Of a DNA stretch of 64,000 bases, positions 21,755 to 31,582 are shown piece by piece (positions within the stretch are counted from its first letter, which is position 1; every line of letters starts with the position of its first letter). This DNA is from an uncultured delta proteobacterium (lineage in GTDB: Bacteria > Myxococcota > Kuafuiibacteriia > Kuafuiibacteriales > Kuafuiibacteriaceae). The notes below the pieces were generated by a model. The model saw only the letters and a program-made list of their open reading frames with translations, did not search any database and was not told the DNA's origin. A program made the position numbers and the translations under genes. Location: NCBI GenBank assembly GCA_963803435.1, contig CAWDML010000002.1:1-64000 (forward strand), in the 5' to 3' direction.

Positions 21755-22993
21755 ATGCTGGAACAACTCTTCACGGCGCACTATGCAGCGCCCCGTTTGT
21801 GCTCGAGTCCTCTCGGGCCGTGGCTCGACTCATTCGTCGAAAGACTTTCTGGGCTTGGATACACGCCCGGCTCCTGCCGATCGTACGTGGTGCTTGCAGC
21901 GGATCTCGGTCGGTGGATGGCTGAGAGCGCCCTGCCGATCGCGAGTCTCGACGAGTCCGCGATCGAGGCTTACCTCGACGCCCGCGGAACGCAGCGCGAG
22001 CGTCGGCGGTGTGCATCTAACCACGCTCTTGCGCATCTGCGTGCGGAGGGCGTCGCCGCTCAGGGAGAGGTCCACCACGATCGATCTGCCGCGACCGTTC
22101 TCGGTGAGCGCTACGCCATGTGCATGCGGAAGCAGCGCGGCGCCGCTGATGGGACGGTTGACGGTTACTTTGCAGTGGTCCGCGATTTCCTCGGCCACCG
22201 CTTCGGCAGTGGCGATCCGGACGTCGCTGCCCTCACGGCGTCGGATATCGCGGAGTACCTGGCCGGACGAGCTCTCACGCTTTCGCCGAAGAGGATGGCC
22301 TATCTCGCGTCGGCGCTGCGCTCGTTTTTCCGCTTCCTCTTCGCCCACGGTGAGACCGCAACGGATCTGTCAGCGGCGACGCCGATAGCTCAGTTGCGGC
22401 ACCGCGCAACGGTCCCTCGCTACCTCTCGCCTCCGGAGGTCAGGAGGCTGCTCGACAGCTGCGATGTGGACACCTCGGCTGGGAGGAGGAATCGGGCGAT
22501 CCTGCTTCTGCTGGTCCGCCTCGGCCTCCGTGCCGGAGAGGTGGCCGCGCTCGAGCTCGACGACATTCGCTGGAAGTCGGCGGAGCTCGTCGTTCATGGA
22601 AAAGGAAGCCGGGTTGATCGCCTTCCTCTTTTGTCCGACGTCGGAGAGGCAATCGCGCTCTACTTGAGAAACGACCGTCCAGCCGACGTCGTCACTCGTC
22701 GGGTGTTTCTGCGGCTCTGTGCACCGGTGCGGGAGATCGGCGGGCGCGAAGCAATCAGCACCGTCGTGCGGACCAGTTTGGCAAAGGCAGGGCTAAACCC
22801 GCTCGTGCGGGGGGCACATCTGCTGCGGCACTCCCTCGGAACGCAGATGATCCGAGATGGTGCGTCGATGGCCGAGATCGCTGAGGTCCTTCGGCATCAG
22901 TGTCCGGACTCGACTGCCATCTACGCAAAGGTCGATTTCGACGCCTTGCGAGGTCTGGCTCAACCATGGCCGGCGATGGGAGGCGGACGATGA
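21755..22993 (+). CDS. ritA: Tyrosine recombinase, RitA-type
   Basis: LGLRAGEV, HGKG, HLLRH, LRH, TAIYAKVD. Confidence 0.92.
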   Translation: MLEQLFTAHYAAPRLCSSPLGPWLDSFVERLSGLGYTPGSCRSYVVLAADLGRWMAESALPIASLDESAIEAYLDARGTQRERRRCASNHALAHLRAEGVAAQGEVHHDRSAATVLGERYAMCMRKQRGAADGTVDGYFAVVRDFLGHRFGSGDPDVAALTASDIAEYLAGRALTLSPKRMAYLASALRSFFRFLFAHGETATDLSAATPIAQLRHRATVPRYLSPPEVRRLLDSCDVDTSAGRRNRAILLLLVRLGLRAGEVAALELDDIRWKSAELVVHGKGSRVDRLPLLSDVGEAIALYLRNDRPADVVTRRVFLRLCAPVREIGGREAISTVVRTSLAKAGLNPLVRGAHLLRHSLGTQMIRDGASMAEIAEVLRHQCPDSTAIYAKVDFDALRGLAQPWPAMGGGR

Positions 22994-23937
22994 ACGACCT
23001 CTGGAAGGCACTCGAGGAGTATCTCGCTGTCCGTCGTGCGCTGGGGTTCAAGCTTCGCCAGACGGAGCGTTTCCTTCGGAAGTTTGTACATTTCGCCGAG
23101 ACGGAGGGTGCCTCCGTCATCACGACGAAGCTCGCTCTGCGATGGGCGCAGGAGGATCCAGCAGCCGCTTCTGTTATTCACTCCGATCGACTGGCCATGG
23201 TCCGGCGGTTCGCCGCTTGGAGAAGCGCCGACGATCCTCGTACCGAGATTCCACCTCCGAGGCTCCTACCGCGGCGATACCGAAGGCCAGCCCCGTACAT
23301 CTACACCGACGACGAGATCGACCGCATCATCATCGCCGCTGCGTCCCTCCCGTCGAACCACGGACTGCGCGGGCTGACATGCTCGACTCTATATGGGCTC
23401 CTCGCCGTCACGGGCATGCGCATAGGCGAGGCGGTCGCTCTCGACCGCGACGACGTGGATCTGCGGACCGGCATCGTCGCCGTGCGCGAAGGAAAGCTTG
23501 GGAAGACCCGCTTCATCCCGGTCCATGTCAGTACGGCGAAAGCTCTGGAAGACTACTCGACGAAGAGAGACGCGCTTCTGGGCACGCGGATGACGTCCGC
23601 CTTCTTCGTGTCGGATCGCGGTCGTCGCCTGTCGGCGTTCACTGCAGGGGAGAACTTCGTCAAGGTCTTGCAAACGATCGGGCTCCGCGTGCCCACCCCG
23701 GACGGTGGTCGCGGCCGTGGACCACGCGTGCACGATCTCCGCCATCGATTCGCAGTCTCCACGCTCATTCACTGGTACCGCGCCGGAGCCGATGTCGATC
23801 TCGAGATCCCAAAGCTGGCCACCTTTCTCGGGCACATGGGCCCCAAGGAGGTCTACTGGTACCTGCAGGCGGTTCCCGAGCTGCTTGAGCTCGCGACCCA
23901 GCGATCCCGATCAACGGGATCGGGTGGTGCACCATGA
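22990..23937 (+). CDS. ritB: Tyrosine recombinase, RitB-type
   Basis: ATGA overlap with the previous gene. YLAVRRALGFKL, TGMRIGEA, HDLRH, LGH, YWYL. Confidence 0.92.
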   Translation: MNDLWKALEEYLAVRRALGFKLRQTERFLRKFVHFAETEGASVITTKLALRWAQEDPAAASVIHSDRLAMVRRFAAWRSADDPRTEIPPPRLLPRRYRRPAPYIYTDDEIDRIIIAAASLPSNHGLRGLTCSTLYGLLAVTGMRIGEAVALDRDDVDLRTGIVAVREGKLGKTRFIPVHVSTAKALEDYSTKRDALLGTRMTSAFFVSDRGRRLSAFTAGENFVKVLQTIGLRVPTPDGGRGRGPRVHDLRHRFAVSTLIHWYRAGADVDLEIPKLATFLGHMGPKEVYWYLQAVPELLELATQRSRSTGSGGAP

Positions 23938-24929
23938 GCACCGCCGCGACTCTCGCCGCTCTCGTGCAAGGATTCTTCACGGAACGCCTGCTTCACCAGA
24001 TGCGGGCCAGTCCGAACACCGTTGCTGCATACCGAGATGCGTTCCGCCTTTTGCTCCGGTACGCCTCGAACACCCTCGGAAAGGAACCCGCGGAGCTCGC
24101 CATCGATGATCTCGTTCCGGCTTTGGTGATCGACTTCCTGGACGACCTCGAATCGCAACGCGGGAACCAGGTGCGGACGCGGAATAATCGGCTCGCTGCG
24201 ATCCGCTCCTTCTTTCGCTACGTCGCGATGAACGAGCCGGCGCACGCTCTGCAATGCCAGCGCATCCTTGCCATCCCACAGAAGCGCCAGCAGAAGAAGG
24301 CCATCGAGTTTCTCGAGCACGAAGAGATCGAATCCCTGGTGGCAGCTCCCGATCCTTCGACCTGGCTTGGGCGACGCGACAGGATGATCCTCCTCGTTCT
24401 GGCTCAGACAGGTCTTCGCGTTTCAGAGCTCACCTCACTGCGACGTGGAAGCGTCGTTCTAGGAGCGAGTGCTCACGTCCGCTGCGAGGGTAAGGGGCGC
24501 AAGCAACGTTCTATTCCCCTGCGCCGGGAGGTGGCTGGAGCGCTCGCGACGTCGATCGAGGAGGAGAGCCTCGCGGCGGAGGACTATCTCTTCCCGAGCA
24601 GCCGTGGCGGCCGGATCAGCATGGACGCAGTACAGCGCCTGGTGAAGAAGCACGCGCGCGCGGCCACAACTCCGTCGATTGCCGAGAAAGACGTCACTCC
24701 TCACGTGCTGAGGCACTCCACGGCGATGGCGTTACGCGAGCGGGGGGTGGACCTGAGCGTGATCGCATTGTGGCTGGGCCATGAGTCGATCGACACGACG
24801 CAAATGTATCTCCACGCCGACATCAAGCTGAAGGAACGAGCGCTCGCACGAACCAAGGCGATCCATGACGGCGCTGAGGGGCGCTTCCAGCCAGAAGACG
24901 AGCTGATGGCGTACCTCGACCGTCTATGA
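23934..24929 (+). CDS. ritC: Tyrosine recombinase, RitC-type
   Basis: ATGA overlap. SPNTVAAYRD, TGLRVSEL, GKGRK, HVLRH, WLGHES, TTQMY. Confidence 0.92.
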   Translation: MSTAATLAALVQGFFTERLLHQMRASPNTVAAYRDAFRLLLRYASNTLGKEPAELAIDDLVPALVIDFLDDLESQRGNQVRTRNNRLAAIRSFFRYVAMNEPAHALQCQRILAIPQKRQQKKAIEFLEHEEIESLVAAPDPSTWLGRRDRMILLVLAQTGLRVSELTSLRRGSVVLGASAHVRCEGKGRKQRSIPLRREVAGALATSIEEESLAAEDYLFPSSRGGRISMDAVQRLVKKHARAATTPSIAEKDVTPHVLRHSTAMALRERGVDLSVIALWLGHESIDTTQMYLHADIKLKERALARTKAIHDGAEGRFQPEDELMAYLDRL

Positions 24930-25048
24930 TTATGCCGCGTCGTACAGTCGGCTCGCTCTATTGAACGGCGTCCTCTCCAGCCGCCTGTCGTTCGACGCGG
25001 CATAAATCGGGACGCGGGATAATGCTGCTTGTGCCGCGCGCGGCACAA

Positions 25049-25171
25049 ACAGCACTTCGGAGCGCCCCCGATGATACCGACGCCGGTCCGCGCCCAAAGC
25101 TGATCGATGAGCCACCCGTTGGCGTGCTGGTCTTCGAGGCAATGGGCGCGGACGGTGGGAAGCGGCGCCAT
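25049..25171 (-). pseudogene. RepA/AAA_25-type ATPase, 5' part (split by RIT)
   Basis: MAPLPTVRAH...WLIDQLWARTGVGIIGGAPKCC. Joins the 21613 segment inside Walker A. Confidence 0.9.
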
Positions 25172-25172
25172 G

Positions 25173-25997
25173 TCAGGCGACATCCGGGAGCGCGAGGCTC
25201 AGATCGTCGACCGCGGCCTCCATAGTGCTGTCGTCGATGAAGCTCTGTCCGCGCTCGTCGGCGAGGATGAGCGCCGTCCGCAAGATCCTCGATGCATTTC
25301 TGGGGATGCCGCGACTGGCGCGAAAGAGCAGCTCAAGCGCCTGATCGCCGAGGACCTTCTCGGTGGCGCCGGCGACGGAGATCGCGTGGCGAATGAAGGG
25401 CTCGAAGAGATCATGACCGAGCGGATCGAGATGGATGGAGGCAGCGATGCGCGAGGCGAGCGCCGCGTGCTGTTGCATGGCGAGGGTGCGGCGGAGCGGC
25501 GGGAGGCCGACCAGCCACAGGGTCAGGATGTCGCGCGAGTCGAAGCAGAAATTGAGGAAGCCAGAGAGATCGAGGAGGAAGCGATCGGAGAGGTGCTGCG
25601 CCTCGTCGACGACGACCACCGGCGCGGAGCCGCGCTCGTCGACGAGATGGAGCAGCGACTTCTTGATGTCCGTCCAGAGCAGCGACCGGCGATGCGATGG
25701 CGTCACGCCCAGCTCGACGGCGAGCGTTCGATAGAGATCGAGCGGCGAGACCGCGGTGTCGCAGATGTACACCACGAGATAGTCTGGCTTGGGCAGCTGG
25801 CCGCAGAGATTCCTCATGGCGGCCGTCTTCCCGACGCCGGACTCCGCATCGACGATGCCAAGACCAGGCTCTTCGGTGAGCCTGCGAAAGGCGCGCTCGA
25901 GACGTTTGTAGCCGGGCGTCTCTCCGAAGAAGGTCTTGCCCTTGGCGTCCTTCGGGATCGGCGTGCTCTTGAGACCAAAGCGTTGTCGGTACTTCAT
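25173..25997 (-). CDS. ExeA/TniB/TnsC-like AAA+ ATPase
   Basis: AESGVGKT and VVVDEAQ. Clear paralog of 4649-5464. Confidence 0.9.
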   Translation of the reverse strand: MKYRQRFGLKSTPIPKDAKGKTFFGETPGYKRLERAFRRLTEEPGLGIVDAESGVGKTAAMRNLCGQLPKPDYLVVYICDTAVSPLDLYRTLAVELGVTPSHRRSLLWTDIKKSLLHLVDERGSAPVVVVDEAQHLSDRFLLDLSGFLNFCFDSRDILTLWLVGLPPLRRTLAMQQHAALASRIAASIHLDPLGHDLFEPFIRHAISVAGATEKVLGDQALELLFRASRGIPRNASRILRTALILADERGQSFIDDSTMEAAVDDLSLALPDVA

Positions 25998-27363
25998 GAT
26001 TCATCCTCCTCGTCGCGAGTGCGCTTGCGCTCGTGATCGGCGCCCACGGGGCGCGTGCGTCGATAGTGTTCGTCTTGGATGAGCGAGAGCGGATCGATGC
26101 CGCTCGGCTCGGTTTTGGGCGTCGCGTCACCTTGCGGGCGCAGCCGTCGTCGCGTGGCGTTTCGGTGTCGATCGAGCAGGACGGTGTCCGATACGAATCG
26201 CCGATCCTTGAAGACGCGGGGGAGCGCGTGCTCGTCGGTGGGATCGAAACGAAGCTCGACCTCTTGGCCGACCAGCTCGGGGCGGACCTCGAGCAGCTGG
26301 CCTCTGAAGCGGACCGTGCCGTCCTTCGGACCTTGCGCTTCTCGCGATGGAGAAAGACTTCGTCGAGATTGGTGCCGGCGCGGATCTTCTGGAGGTGCTC
26401 GATCTCATCGAGCCAGTGCTCCTTCGGCACGCGCCCGGTCGTCTCGTGCACACGCGCGTGGTACTCGGCGGCGAGCCAGGCCCAGTGGATGGCGTTGAGG
26501 TCGGCGAGCGAGATCGGATCGTCGTCGAGCTCGTCGCCGACCTCCTCGCGCCAGGTGCGGTGCCAGCGTTCGATCGCACCCTTTGCCTCGCAATCCTTGG
26601 GTGCGGTGTGGGCGAGATGCGTGCCGAGCTCGGCGCAGATCGCTTTCAGCGAGTCGGCGACGTAGGCCGCGCCGAGATCGACGTAGTACGTGCGCGGAGG
26701 TCCGTGTTTGAGGATCGCCTCCTTGAGCCCGTATTCGTGATCGACGGAGCCCTCGCTCATCGCGAAGTAGCTGTTGGGGACATAGCGGGTAGCGGCGTCG
26801 AGCTGGCTGAGGAGATAGGCCTTTCCAAGTCTTCCGTCGGGCGCAATCACGACCGGCCCGTGGAGCGCGTCGCCCATCCACAGATCGCCGGCGTGCTCGG
26901 GGAGAAACGAACGCCGCTCCGCGGATGGACCGCGGACCGGACGCGCAGAGAGATGCTGTGCGCGAAGCAGCCGGTGGACGCTCGACTTCTTGAGCTCGCC
27001 CGGTCGCACGCGACGCGCACGCTCGAGCATGCGGATGATGCGGCGGATCGATCGGCGCGGCCGCTCGCGCTTGATGCGGAGGATGAGCTCCGTGATGTCG
27101 GGTGAAATCGAGCGGCTGCGACCGATGTCTCCTCGTGTTTGCGGCTCGAGCGCAGCCAAGCCACCGGTCCGGTACAGATAGAACCAGTCTTCGACGGTGC
27201 GCGCCGAGAGTCTGACCTCCTTTCCATCGGGCCGCTTGTGCACGCGGGCCGCGGTCTCTTCGAAGTAGGTCTTGCGATCACCGTGCTCAAGGCGTGCGGA
27301 CACCAGCGGTCCGAGTACCGTCACCCGCCACAGCGCGATGCTTCGACGGTCGTCATCTTTCAT
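25994..27363 (-). CDS. Mu/TnsB-like DDE transposase (one frameshift near 26325)
   Basis: N-terminal HTHs, WMGDALH, LDAATR, YVDLG and GAIER. The Mu-type C-terminal domain continues in another frame and ends with an ATGA overlap at 25994-25997. Confidence 0.9.
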
Positions 27364-27455
27364 GACCGCCGTTGTACCGAGGTGGTCCGGCCAGATTTGG
27401 GGGGGGGATCAGCATCGCAGGCGATCCGTCCCGCCGGCGCCTCGGGACCTGGCGA

Positions 27456-28082
27456 TCACATGAGACGCACTCCTGGTGCGAGGCGATGGAGGAGCCCCGC
27501 CATTGATGCTATTCGCAAGCTGGCTTGCACTCCAGCGATGCGAGCATGCACGGCGATGAGCTCTCCGCGCGTCATCTCGCGATCCACCGCTCCGCCGATC
27601 CGGTCGAGCGCTCCGCTCACCGCGAGCACCTGAACGACGAAGCCGGCGACGAGACAGAAGCGGGACCGCCACCGGCGCAGCGTCCGCTCCGGAACACGGG
27701 GCGCGCGCTGGCGCTCGGCATCACTGCCCGTCATCTGGGTCTCGACCACGCGCCACGTACGCCACAAGCAGCGGGCGACGAAGACCGGCAGGACCTGCCA
27801 GACCGCATCGCAGCTGGGACAGTCGTACCGCACGATCAGAATCCACGGCCTCTCCGGATCGGAGCGCAGCCGTCGCTCTCGATAGTCATGAAGGTGCATC
27901 CGAGCGAACGCGCACGTCGGGCACTCCTTCGGTCGGTATGCGTCCGGATCCCGCCGCCACCGATCGTGCGTCTCCAGATCCTTCACGCGCTCATCGATCA
28001 AGGTCCCGCCTCGCTGAGTGGACGGGTACCTCTTTTCGAGGCATTCTCCGTCTCGCGAGGGAGGCTCCGGCTTTCTCGGCAT
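27456..28082 (-). CDS. Zn-ribbon + HTH protein (DUF6431-like), first gene of the transposon
   Basis: CPTC...HLHDYRER...IVRYDCPSC...VLPVF, then ERTLRRW. The start may be the TTG at 28001. Confidence 0.75.
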   Translation of the reverse strand: MPRKPEPPSRDGECLEKRYPSTQRGGTLIDERVKDLETHDRWRRDPDAYRPKECPTCAFARMHLHDYRERRLRSDPERPWILIVRYDCPSCDAVWQVLPVFVARCLWRTWRVVETQMTGSDAERQRAPRVPERTLRRWRSRFCLVAGFVVQVLAVSGALDRIGGAVDREMTRGELIAVHARIAGVQASLRIASMAGLLHRLAPGVRLM

Positions 28083-28366
28083 CGAGGCACCTCCGTTTGT
28101 GTCGCAACTTCGGTGTGCCTGGCCTCCTTCGTTTCCTCCAATTTCTGGCGTCGCGGTCGTCTCGTTGCGAATATTCGTCGGTACGCTCGTGCCTCTCGAT
28201 TGAACACATCTCCGCGGAAGCGCGGGACGAACGACTCAACTCAGCCCAGAACTAACCGAGCCGGTACACCATGGCTCACGCCAAGGACAGGACCGACTCC
28301 ACAACACGCGCCTCGCCCCTCGACAGCTCCCGCCGTTCGAGCTTGCTCAGGTGCCACGCGCCGTTC

Positions 28367-29427
28367 TCACGATGCCACCGCGGGGTCCATCGCTCCGACT
28401 CGAATCCGGAGCAACTCCGGCGTCGAGGTCAGTCCGGTAACGATGACGCCCTTCGGCTTTACGTCGAGCACTTCCGCGTACGTGCCGCGGCGCACGAGGA
28501 GTTTCGGATCATCGTGCCGCCATCGAATCAGATCCTGGGAGGCGAGAGCCTGCGCAGGCGTGTAGACGCGGACCTCGTCCTTCGTCGATGGCCGCCACCA
28601 AACATCGCGAGCGACCTGTGGATCCCGCTCAGCTCTCGCCCGTCTACCAGCCTCAATCGCGCGTCGCGCACGTCTTCGACCGCATAGACAGAGTTCTCAG
28701 CGATCCGATCATCATGAGCGGCCGCGAAGTAGACGAGATCGCCGCGGGAGAAGACATCGAGCGAGGGCGGACCTCCATGCGTCAGGAGCGAATACGCCGT
28801 CGCGAGCTCATCGAAGGGACGAGGATGCGTTGGCCGCTCCGGGGCTGGATCGACGTCACGATACGCCTCGAGCCGACGGTCGCCCGCCGCTCGAAGATGA
28901 CCGACCAGGCCATCCTTCGTGACCGCGTAATGCCACGCACCCGGCTCCAGGTCGAAGCGGACGTTGCCGACCTTGCGGGAGTGGACCGTGACCCCTTCAC
29001 GCGGATGGACGCCTGTGACCAGGCCGAGGTCACCGCTCTGCGCCCCGAGCTCCGGGTGATCGCTACCCCACTCGACCACGGTACCCCGCTTCACCTCGCC
29101 GCTCGCTGGCGTGAACAGCTGCACGCCCGCCACCGAGGCCCAGTCGATCTGTTCGCCGCTCCGCCGATGCAGGCGAAGCGATCGGCCGTCCGGATCGACG
29201 CTGTCGACGCGCAACACGGCCCCAGCGGGGATCGCGCCGTTCTGCTCCTTGAAACGAACGAGGTCGCCAGGCGCGAAAGCGCGAGGCTCCGGAGGATGGA
29301 CCTCCTCGTAGAGTCGAGTGGTTTGGTCGAGGATCATCCGAGCCACGTCGGCTCGAATGAGCAGCTTCCGTGCCTCGAGAGCGGAGCCGAGTCTGTCGAG
29401 AAGGCGGTCGGCGACCGATTGCTCCAC
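28367..29427 (-). CDS. Hypothetical protein with two repeats resembling the inserted subdomains of TrwC/TraI-type helicases (frameshift near 28610)
   Basis: Repeat 1: FAPGDLVRF...VDSVD...IDW...VQLFTP...GTVVEW...G. Repeat 2: FSRGDLVYF...VEDV...WWRP...VRVYTP...DLIRW...G. Confidence 0.45.
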
Positions 29428-29499
29428 ATGCCGCGAGCGCTCGCGCCGCCCTGAGTCCGCTCCTGCGCGGCCCCGAACCCGACCGCCCGTCCGCCGAGA

Positions 29500-30020
29500 T
29501 CGTCTGGTCCGAGATGGTTGCTCGGAACTCCGGCGCTCGAGAGGATGTCGACATGGCCTACCGCGCGATGGGCTTTCGCCGGACGGACCGGTTCGTGCTG
29601 GAAGAGGTTGGGATCCGCCCGCTCAGCGTCGCCTCCGATCGAATCGCGATGCCCGCGATGCGCTGCGCCTGGCTCCTGTCAGAGCTCGAGGTGCGCGATC
29701 GTTCCGGCGACGACCGTGTCTTCGAGGTCTATCCGGCTGCCGCCCTCACCACCTGGGGCCTGCGATCCGGCAAGGAGCCCTACAAGGGACGAAAGGGCGA
29801 GGCAGCCCTGGCCGGGCTCTTCGAGCGGTTGCAGCCAGCGGCACCATGGCTACGGTTCGCGAGCGATGCTGCGCCTACGACCTTCACCAACGACCACATC
29901 TTCGACGCCCTCGTGTCCGCGATGAACGCTCGGGCGGCGGCGCTCCGGCTCACCCATCGCCCCCCCAGAGAACCCGGCCGAGATCGCGAGCAAGGAAGGA
30001 TGGATTGCCGTTCCGCACGA
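29500..30020 (+). pseudogene. DUF429-like (RNase H-fold) protein, C-terminal fragment
   Basis: RRTD...PLSVASDRIA...EVYPAAAL...FDALVSA, and EGWIAVP after a frameshift. The N-terminal part is absent. Confidence 0.75.
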
Positions 30021-30204
30021 CGGATCGCTTGCGGCTCTCGATCCCAAGCTCCGGCGGCTCGGCCCGCTCGAGAGATTCGAATCAGCCTCCATTCCCACGC
30101 TCGAGGGCCGCGATCGGCCCACGCTCTGTGCCCGGATTCGACCACAGCGCTCCCGCGAGAGCGGTCGGCCCGGCTCACCGGTGTTCTCGAGCTCTCCGCC
30201 GACG

Positions 30205-31307
30205 CCACCGACGGCGAGGTGCAGAACGGGCAGAGGTACCATTACGCCGTCTCCGCGGTGGATCGGTCCGGGAACGAGTCCTCGATGAGCGCGCCGATCA
30301 GCGCGACCCCCAACGGCGGGCGAGGGAGCGACACCTTCATCAACGAGCTGCACTACGACAACAGCGGATCGGACACCGATGAGTTCGTGGAGATCGCGGG
30401 CCCGGCCGGGACGGATCTCTCAGGATGGACCATCGCCGCGTACAACGGCGCGAACGGGGCGGTCTACCAGACGATCGCTCTCTCGGGGCGCATCCAGGAC
30501 CTGTCCGGCTGCGTCGGCGTGCTCGACTTCGACGCCACCGGGCTACAGAACGGCAACCCGGACGGGCTGGCGCTGATCGATCCTCGCGGCGCGGTGCTGG
30601 ACTTCATCAGCTACGGCGGCAGCCTGAGCGCGAGCGGCGGGCCCGCGGCGGGGCGAACGGCGGTGGACATCGGAGTGCAGGAGACGGGCGCCACGCCCCC
30701 CGGCTCCTCGGTGGCCCGCTCGGGCGCCGGCGTGCGCTCGGTGGACTTTGAGTGGCAAGGGCCCTCGGCCGACACGCGCGGCGCGATCAACAGCGGGCAG
30801 AGCTTCGACGCCTGCGCGCCGAGCCCGGGCCCCTTCATCAACGAGCTTCACTACGACAACGCGGGCGCCGATGCGGACGAGGGCGTGGAGATCGCGGGCC
30901 CGGCCGGGACGGATCTCTCCGGTTGGCGGCTGGTGCTCTACAACGGCAACGACGGCGCTCGCTACGCCAACGTCGACCTGTCGGGGATCATCCAAAACCA
31001 GAGCGGCGGCTACGGCGCGCTGTGGTTCGCCATCGCGGGTCTCCAGAACGGCGCGAGCGACGCGGTGGCGCTCGTCGATCCGCAGGGCGCGGTCCTTCAG
31101 CTGATCAGCTACGAGGGCGGTCTCGTGGCCGCGGATGGCCCCGCCGCCGGACAGAGGGCGGTGGACATCGGGGTCCAGGAGACCGGCTCCACCCCGGTCG
31201 GGTTCAGCCTTCAGCTCGAAGGCGCGGGCGCCGGAAGCTTCACGTGGGCGGCGCCTGCGCCGCACTCTCGCGGGATGATCAACCCAGGGCAGAGCTTCGG
31301 GCCATAG
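30205..31307 (+). pseudogene. C-terminal part of a secreted protein: half FN3 domain plus two lamin-tail-like domains
   Basis: NGQRYHYAVSAVDRSGNES (end of an FN3 domain), then two copies of FINELHYDN...VEIAGPAGTDLSGW...YNG...LQNG. The 5' part of the gene is missing. Confidence 0.8.
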
Positions 31308-31582
31308 TCTGCGGACGTCCGGCAGCGACGCGGTCACCTTCTCGGGGAGCTCGCTCCGCTTCCGCCCGAGCTTCGCGACGACCGGCGACGACGGCCGCTT
31401 CTCGATGCGCGGAACCCGGCGACACTCGGCCGCGCCGGGCTGGCCCCGGAGAGGCCAGAGTCGTCGCCGACTCGATTCGCCGCTCGATTTGTCACTCGAG
31501 TCGCAAAAGGCTGCATTCGTCCGGGCGGCAAGACCCTTTTCGGCCGATGACCCGAGCGGGCCCCCCACACTATCGCTATTCA

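Larger units (their letters stand above)
21608..25048 (+). mobile_element. RIT (recombinase-in-trio) element
   Basis: Three overlapping tyrosine recombinase genes. Perfect 33-bp inverted repeats at 21608-21640 and 24996-25028. Adjacent perfect 20-bp palindrome at 25029-25048. Confidence 0.95.
20563..28268 (-). mobile_element. Complete TGT...ACA transposon (copy 2) with 5-bp target duplication CCATG, carrying a nested RIT element
   Basis: CCATG at 20558-20562 and 28269-28273. Terminal inverted repeats TGTACCAGCCCGGTTTGATCTG versus TGTACCGGCTCGGTTAGTTCTG (18/22 match). Subterminal TTCGTCCCG at both ends. Confidence 0.93.

Noticed and set aside
20563-28268. CRISPR-associated transposon or canonical Tn7
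   Set aside because: No TnsA, TniQ/TnsD, Cas gene or array lies between the ends.
29370-31307. DUF429-lamin-tail fusion protein
   Set aside because: The DUF429 terminus (EGWIAVP) is in another frame and the FN3 domain starts midway, so the fusion is a chance read-through.
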